Source: the human T2T-CHM13v2.0 reference genome, Homo sapiens
Strand: one strand, 5' to 3'
Length of the DNA: 64,000 nt
NCBI RefSeq assembly: GCF_009914755.1
Contig: NC_060943.1
Of the stretch, positions 53,721-64,000 are shown piece by piece; the first letter of the stretch is position 1; each line of letters begins with the position of its first letter. The translations under genes and the position numbers were made by a program. Under the pieces are notes generated by a model. The model did no database searches and was not told the origin of the DNA. It saw nothing but the letters and a program-made list of their open reading frames with translations.

Positions 53721-54498
53721 CAGCAGGTAGAAGGTCCCCAGCCCCCACTCCTGCTGGAGCCACACTGAAAACCTGGCTTAATCACCAACCAGCAGATGAC
53801 CTTGGGCAAGCCACCTTGGTAAACTGGAGACAACCACACTTCCTACCTCAAAGGGCCATCCAAAGGCATAAATGAATTAATACATCTTAGCGTGATGCTA
53901 AGTGGTACCTTACGATTATTGGATATAAATCTTCTAGTACAACCTCAAGAGCTGAAATCATGACTAGGTTCACGTGCCAGCCATTGAGAAAGTCCTTCCT
54001 GATCACTCAGCCTGAAGACACATTCCCCACGACAGGCATACCCTTCACTGGTAAGGGAGAGGGAAATGAATATTAATTGAACACCTACTAAGTGCTGGAC
54101 CCCATGCTAGGCACTGTCACTTCTGTTAGTTGAATTTCATACTCACTTTGTCCCACGTTCCCTTTTTCTATACATTCCTGTCTCTCGTTTTTCTCTGTGG
54201 TCTGGAATTATAATTGCAGACAATTTCTAGATTTTTAAAAATCACTTTCATGAGATGTTTTATTCAACCCAATACATCCAAAATATTACCATTTCAACAT
54301 GGAATCAATATCAAGGTGGATTCAAAAGATATTTTATACTCTTTCTTTTGTACTAAGTATTCCCAGCCGGACGTGTTATTATGAAGTACATCCTAGTTCA
54401 GGGTCAGCCACATTCAAGGGATCAAGAGCCGGTGTAACTGGTACCAGTCTGAAATGTTCTTTTCCTTTTTTTTTTTTTTTCTTTTTTTTTTGAGATAG

Positions 54499-54858
<360 letters not shown>

Positions 54859-54881
54859 TAAAATTATATGTAAATTGTAAT

Positions 54882-55358
54882 ACAGCCATGTGTGGCTTAA
54901 TGAGGGAGACGTGTTCTGAGAAATGCATTGTTAGGCAATTTTGTCCTTGTGTGAGCATCTTAAAGTGAACTTACATAAACCTAGATGTTGTAGCCTACTC
55001 CACACCCAGGCTACGTGGTTTGTAGCTCCTCGGCTACAAACCTGCCCAGCATGTTACTGTACTTAATACTGTAGGCAACTGTAACATCATAGTATTTGTG
55101 TGTCTGAACATATCTAAACATAGAAAAGGTACAGTAAAAACACAGTATAAAAGAGAAAAGGTGGTTCAGCTGCATAGGGTACTTGGCATGAATGGAGCTT
55201 GCAGGACTGGAAGTTGCTCTTGGTGAGGGAGTGAGTTGAGTGGTGAGTGAATGTGAAGGCCTAGGATATTATTGTACACTCCTGTATATATTATAAACAC
55301 TGTATGCTCAGGCTACATGAAATTTACAAAAAAAAATTTACAAAAAAATAAAGTAATT
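54882..55358 (+). mobile_element. Tigger3-family DNA transposon, truncated at an Alu
   Basis: gttctgagaaatgcattgttaggcaatttt...cttacataaacctagatg...ggctacaaacctg...gaatgtgaaggcctagga. Confidence 0.85.
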
Positions 55359-55359
55359 A

Positions 55360-55638
<279 letters not shown>

Positions 55639-55666
55639 TCAGAAAAAAAAAAAAAAAAAAGAAATC

Positions 55667-55951
55667 GCATACAGAAACACAGAAAGAAGACCATATGACA
55701 ACAGAGGCAGAGACTGGAATTATGCATCTATGAACTGAGGAACACCAAGTATCGCTGGCAGCACCAGAAACTAAGAAAATACCATGGAACAGATTCTCCC
55801 CTAAAACCTTCTGAGGGAACGTGGTGGCTCTGCTGACACCTTGATTTCAGTTTGGACTTCTGGCCTCTAGAACTGTGAGAGAAGAAATTTCTGTTGTTTT
55901 AAGCCACTGGGTTTGTGACATTTTGTAATGGCAACTCTGGGAACTCAATAC
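55667..55951 (+). mobile_element. MLT1C-like LTR, 3' half
   Basis: gaggcagagactgga...ctgctgacaccttgatttc...ggcctctagaactgtgagagaa...tgttttaagccac. Confidence 0.75.
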
Positions 55952-55987
55952 CACCCATATAGAGCCTGTGTTATTAAAATGATGTAA

Positions 55988-58040
<2,053 letters not shown>

Positions 58041-58452
58041 ATCATGCCTGTAATCCCAGAACTTTGGGAAGCCAGGGCAGGAGGATCACTTGAGGCCAGG
58101 AGTTTGAGACCAGCCTGGGCAACATAGCCAGACCCCATCTCAACAACAACATCAACAACAACAACAAATTAGCTGGGTGTGGTGGTGCCTGTAGTCCCAG
58201 CTACTTGGGAGGCTAAGCTGGGAGGATCGCCTGAGCCCAGGAGCTCCAGGCTGCAGAGAGCTATGATCATATCACTGCACTCCAGCCTGAGTGACAGAGC
58301 AAGAACCTGCCTTTAAAAACAAATAAAATCATCTAAATGGGGTCTGGTTTTCCTAAAAAAGCAGAGTTACAATGGCAGCTTCCATTCATAATGGATCAAC
58401 TTTTTTTTGTTTTGTTTTCATATGCTCCACATTTTACTTATTTATCATTGTG

Positions 58453-58650
58453 CTTCTTCTTCGTCTTCTTCTTCCTCTTCTTCTTCCTCTTCCCCTTCCC
58501 CTTCCTCCTCCTCTTCTTCTTCCCCTTCCCCTTCCTCCTCTTCTTCTTCCCCTTCCCCTTCCCATTCCTCCTCCTCCTCCTCTTCTTCTTCTTCCTTCTT
58601 CCTTCTTCTTCTTTCCTCCTCTTCTTCTTCTTCTTCTTTTTTTTTTTTTT
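58453..58650. repeat. (CTT/CCT)n compound polypyrimidine tract
   Basis: About 200 nt, almost purine-free on the plus strand. Confidence 0.95.
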
Positions 58651-59645
58651 AATACAGGCCAGGTACAGTGTCTCACACCTGTAATCACAACACTCTGGGA
58701 GGCCAAGGTGGGAGGCTCATTTGAAGCCAGGGTTTTGAGACCAGCCTGGGCAACATAGCGAGACCGTGTCTCTATCAAGTATTAGCTGGGCACTGTGGCA
58801 TGCGCCTGTAGCCTCAAATGATCCTCTCACCTTGGCCTTCCAAAACATTGGGATTATAGGCATGAGCCACCGCACCAGGCCTGTATTATTGCATTCTTTA
58901 CAGAAATAAATAAAGGCTCACTCTATCACCCAGGCTGGAGTGCAGATCTTGGCTCACTGCAACCTCCATCTCCCAGGTTAAGTGATGCCTCTGCCTCCCA
59001 AGTAGTTGGGATTACAGGCGCCCGCCTCCATGCCCAGCCGATTTTTGTATATTTATTAGAGACAAAGTTTCGCCATGTTGGCCAGGCTGGTCTCAAACTC
59101 CTGGCCTCAAGCCTGTCTTGGCATCCCAAAGTGCTGGGATTACAGGTGTGAGCCACCGTGCCCAGCCATACTGTTATTTTTCTTTTTAAAGTTATTATTC
59201 ATTTATTTTAAATTGACAGATACAGGCTGTATCTATTTATAGTGCATAACATGATATTTTGACCATATGTATACACTATGGAGTGGCTCAGTTGAGCTAG
59301 TTAACATATGCATTATTACATATGCTTATCACTTTTCTCACGGTGAGAATGCTTAAAACCTACTCTCTGAGCAATTTTCAAGTATATAATACATTGTTAT
59401 TAATACAGTCGCCAGGCTGTACAAAATAGATCTCTTGAACGTATTCCTGCAGTCTAAATGAAATTTGATATCCTGTCAGGCGCGGTGGCTAACACCTGTA
59501 ATCCCAGCACTTTCGGAGGCTGAGGTGGGCAGATCACTTGAGGTCAGGAGTTTGAGACCAGCCTGGCCAACATGGTGAAACCCCATCTCTACTAACAGTA
59601 CAAAAATTGGCAGGGCGTGGTGGTGTGCACCTGTAGTCCCAGCTA

Positions 59646-59888
<243 letters not shown>

Positions 59889-60987
59889 TTATCAACTGAT
59901 TCAACAGCGCAGTAGAATCACCAATTATATAAGACTGCATGTGGGCCAGGTGTGGTGGCTCACGCCTGTAATCCCACTGCTTTGGGAGGTGGAGGTAGGA
60001 GGATTGTTTGAGGCCAGGAGTTTGAGACCAGCCTAGGCAACATATTGAGATCCCATCTCTAGTAAAAAATATAAAAAACTTAGCTGAGTGTAGCAGTGTA
60101 CACCTATAGTCCCAGCTACTTGGGAGGCTGAGGTGGGAGGATCACTTGAGTCCAGGGGTTTGAGGCTGCAGTGAGCTATGCCTGCACCACTGCACTCCAG
60201 CCTGAACATCAGAGCAAGACACTGTCTCAAAAAAAAAAAAAAAAGGACTGTGCATACTGTGGTATAATGTGAACGTGAACGCAAATACCACATAGCTCCC
60301 ACCTTACTTTGAAATATGCATTACTGTATTATTACTTTTTTTTGTTTTTTTTTTTGAGATGAAGTCTCTGTCACGCAGGCTGGAGTGCAGGGGCATGCTG
60401 TGGCTCACCGCAGCCTTGACCTCCTGGGCTCAGGTGATCCACCTCAGCCTCACGAGTAGCTGGGACTACTGGCGTGTGCCACAATGCCCAGCTAATATTT
60501 GATAGAGACAGGGTCTCACTATGTTGCCTAGGCTGGTCTGAAACTCCTGACCTCAAACGATCCTCCCACCTCAGCTTCCCAAAATGTTGGGATTACAGGC
60601 GTGAGCCACCACACCCAGCCTGTATTGTTGCATTCTTTACATAAATAAATAAAGCTAAATGTGATTCCTTGCCAGAATCCTGGAATTCCAGAGATCTCTT
60701 TTGGGGTGGTCTAGAAAACCACTGGCTAGATTGGGGGCTCCTTTCTTTGTCTTTTTGAGTAATCAGGCTGATGAGGTGGGTTTTGGTGGATTTGCCTGTA
60801 GCAAACGTGGCTATGAAAGAACAAGCCACTGGCCTGGGTTTTGGGTCTGTTTAGAAAGCTGCAATGTCACCTGCCTTGTTAACAGAGGCGGAGGCTGCAG
60901 TGAGCCGAGATGGCACCATTGCTCTCCAGCCTGGGTGCTAGAGCAAGACTCCATCTCAGAAAAAAAAAAAAAAATTAAAAAAATTAA

Positions 60988-61140
<153 letters not shown>

Positions 61141-61465
61141 TAGCTGGGATTACAGGCTCACGCCACCACACCCAGCTAATTGTTGAATTTTTAGTACAGA
61201 CACGGTTTCACCATGTTGGCCAGGCTGGTCTCCTACTCCTGACCTTAAGCGATCTACCCGCCTCAGCCTCCCAAAGTGCTGGGATTACAGGCGTGAGCCA
61301 CCGCGCCCGGCCAGCAAAGTAGATTTTTAAGAATGTATGTTATTTTATTTTTTTAAGAGACAGGTTCTCACTCTGTTGCCCACGTTGCAGTGCAGTGGCA
61401 CAATCATAGCTCACTGCAACCTTGAATTCCTGGGTTCAAGAAATCCTCCTGCCTTAGCTTCCTAA

Positions 61466-61645
<180 letters not shown>

Positions 61646-62869
61646 TAAAACAGATTTTAAACAATGGAGGTAACGTAACACGTGAGACAGACATAATTGA
61701 TCAAATACTCAAGACACCTACTGAGCGCTCCAATTCTTGACATTTGCTTACAGGAAATTAAACAGATGCACACACGAGTGGAAGCAGAATGAGTTCTCCA
61801 TTACAAAGAAAAGCGTGTTTTGGCTGGAAATTAAAAATGCAAATGAAAACAAGCTTTAAGGTTTCATTACAAACCCACTTAACTGGGAAAGGAAATTAAA
61901 TTGGTAATATTCGATGGCCTGGGTGGGGAATCCATGAACATATGCATACTTGGCAGGTTTATAAATGGGTTCCATGTTTTTGAAACTCAGAATGGCTCTT
62001 TGAATAATGAGTTGAAAAGCTGTTAATATCTTTGATCCTATAATTATCCCCAAGGAAATACGCCCAAAGGGTGGGGGGAGTCATTGTACGTAAATGTGCA
62101 CAGCAGTGTTCTTCGTAAGAGAAATTATTGGAAACAACTCAAACACCCTATAATAGAGCTATGGCTAAACAAACCATAGTGTATCCACCCTACGAGATAT
62201 GTGATCGCAATGGAAATTATGCCTAAACTCAGCAATAAGGTTATAAACTAGGGGCGAGCGATAAAAGGGGAATACGAAATAGTGGATCAGAAACTATGGA
62301 TCAGAAACACATGGATGTACTAACTTCCCTCCTTCCTTCACTTCTCTCCCTCCTTCTCTTCCTCCCTTCCTCTTTCTCTTGCCATCCTTTCTTCCTCTAA
62401 ACTGCGGCCACACAGTTTCCCAAGCAGCCTAAATTCCTTCTCCCCTCAATCTTATTCCAGTCTTATTTCCTCTGCCTGGATGCTCTTCCTTCCATTAAAA
62501 ACAAAAACCCATTAAAGAACAACAACAACAATAACAATACATTCTCACTTTAGAAGGTCAAAATCAACATCATCACAGCCAATGAATCAATAGGACAGAG
62601 GAGTGAGAAGGGAAAGAATAAATGTTCCCTCCTCCCTCGAACTCTGGCCCTTGTGGTGGCAAAGGTCTGAGCCCTGCCTCTCACACTGTTCCTTCTGCTA
62701 TCACCACCACAGTGATCTCCTACCCATCCTTCAGTTCCCAGCTTAACCGTCACTTCCTCCAGGTAGCCTTCCCTGACTGCTCCCCATCCTTCTAGAGCAA
62801 GCTAAGCCCAGAGCCTCTCCCTGAAGTGCCATTACCATTACAGGTTTATTTGTGTAATTCTCTGTTTAA

Positions 62870-63073
<204 letters not shown>

Positions 63074-63196
63074 TAATTTTTTTCGTATTTTTAGTAGAGC
63101 CAGGGTTTCACCATGTTGGCCAGGCTGGTCTCGAACTCCCGACATCAGGTGATCCGCTCATCTCAGCTTCCCAAAGTGTTGGGATTACAGGCGTGA

Positions 63197-63325
<129 letters not shown>

Positions 63326-63504
63326 TGACTGCCTTGTCTTGTTTGCAACCAAGCACCTAATATAAGCAGGTCCCCCATGAATACTTCCCGAATGAGTCAC
63401 AAACATTCACCAACTTGACTGGGAGCTTCGTCCCTGCCAGGTGCTGGTTTGCCATGCTTCATGGGGATCATTTAGTTGAATTCCCACAAAATAATGAGAA
63501 GCTA

Positions 63505-63906
<402 letters not shown>

Positions 63907-64000
63907 TCAGATGTGTAAACTGAGGTTCAAGGTGGCACTATCACTTTGCTTAAAGGGGTAAAGACAAGAATCAAGTCGGGTTCAGTCCGACTCCAGGTCT

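Noticed and set aside
58337-58778. Poly-Ser, poly-Pro/Leu and RG-rich ORFs
   Set aside because: Translations of the (CTT/CCT)n tract

Overview
Human (or very close great-ape) genomic DNA from the middle of CACNA1A (Cav2.1, P/Q-type calcium channel alpha-1A, chr19p13), transcribed on the minus strand. I traced 15 exons (conventional numbering 10-24, 2734 nt, splice phases mutually consistent). They encode the end of the I-II loop, all of domain II, the II-III (synprint) loop and IIIS1-S3. A 12-nt microexon (24a, SSTR) lies at 616-627. The introns are dense in Alu, with L2, MIR, L1, MaLR/ERVL LTR and DNA-transposon relics; nearly all other ORFs in the track are repeat or antisense artefacts. 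Known splice-code oddities are visible: TG/TG/AG tandem acceptors at exon 10, a U12-type intron 16 and tandem donors (+/-VEA) at exon 17. Observations I cannot explain from known annotation: (1) two candidate cryptic exons in intron 17 (27-nt in-frame, 51-nt stop-containing) with RBFOX motifs; (2) a triple NAG acceptor on microexon 24a; (3) a 32-bp-period array of ten YY1-type sites in intron 24; (4) a ~365-bp, ~90% identical direct duplication bracketing exon 12; (5) an older ~130-bp duplicated element; (6) a nested L1/chimeric retro-insertion. Repeat family names and boundaries are by eye and approximate.
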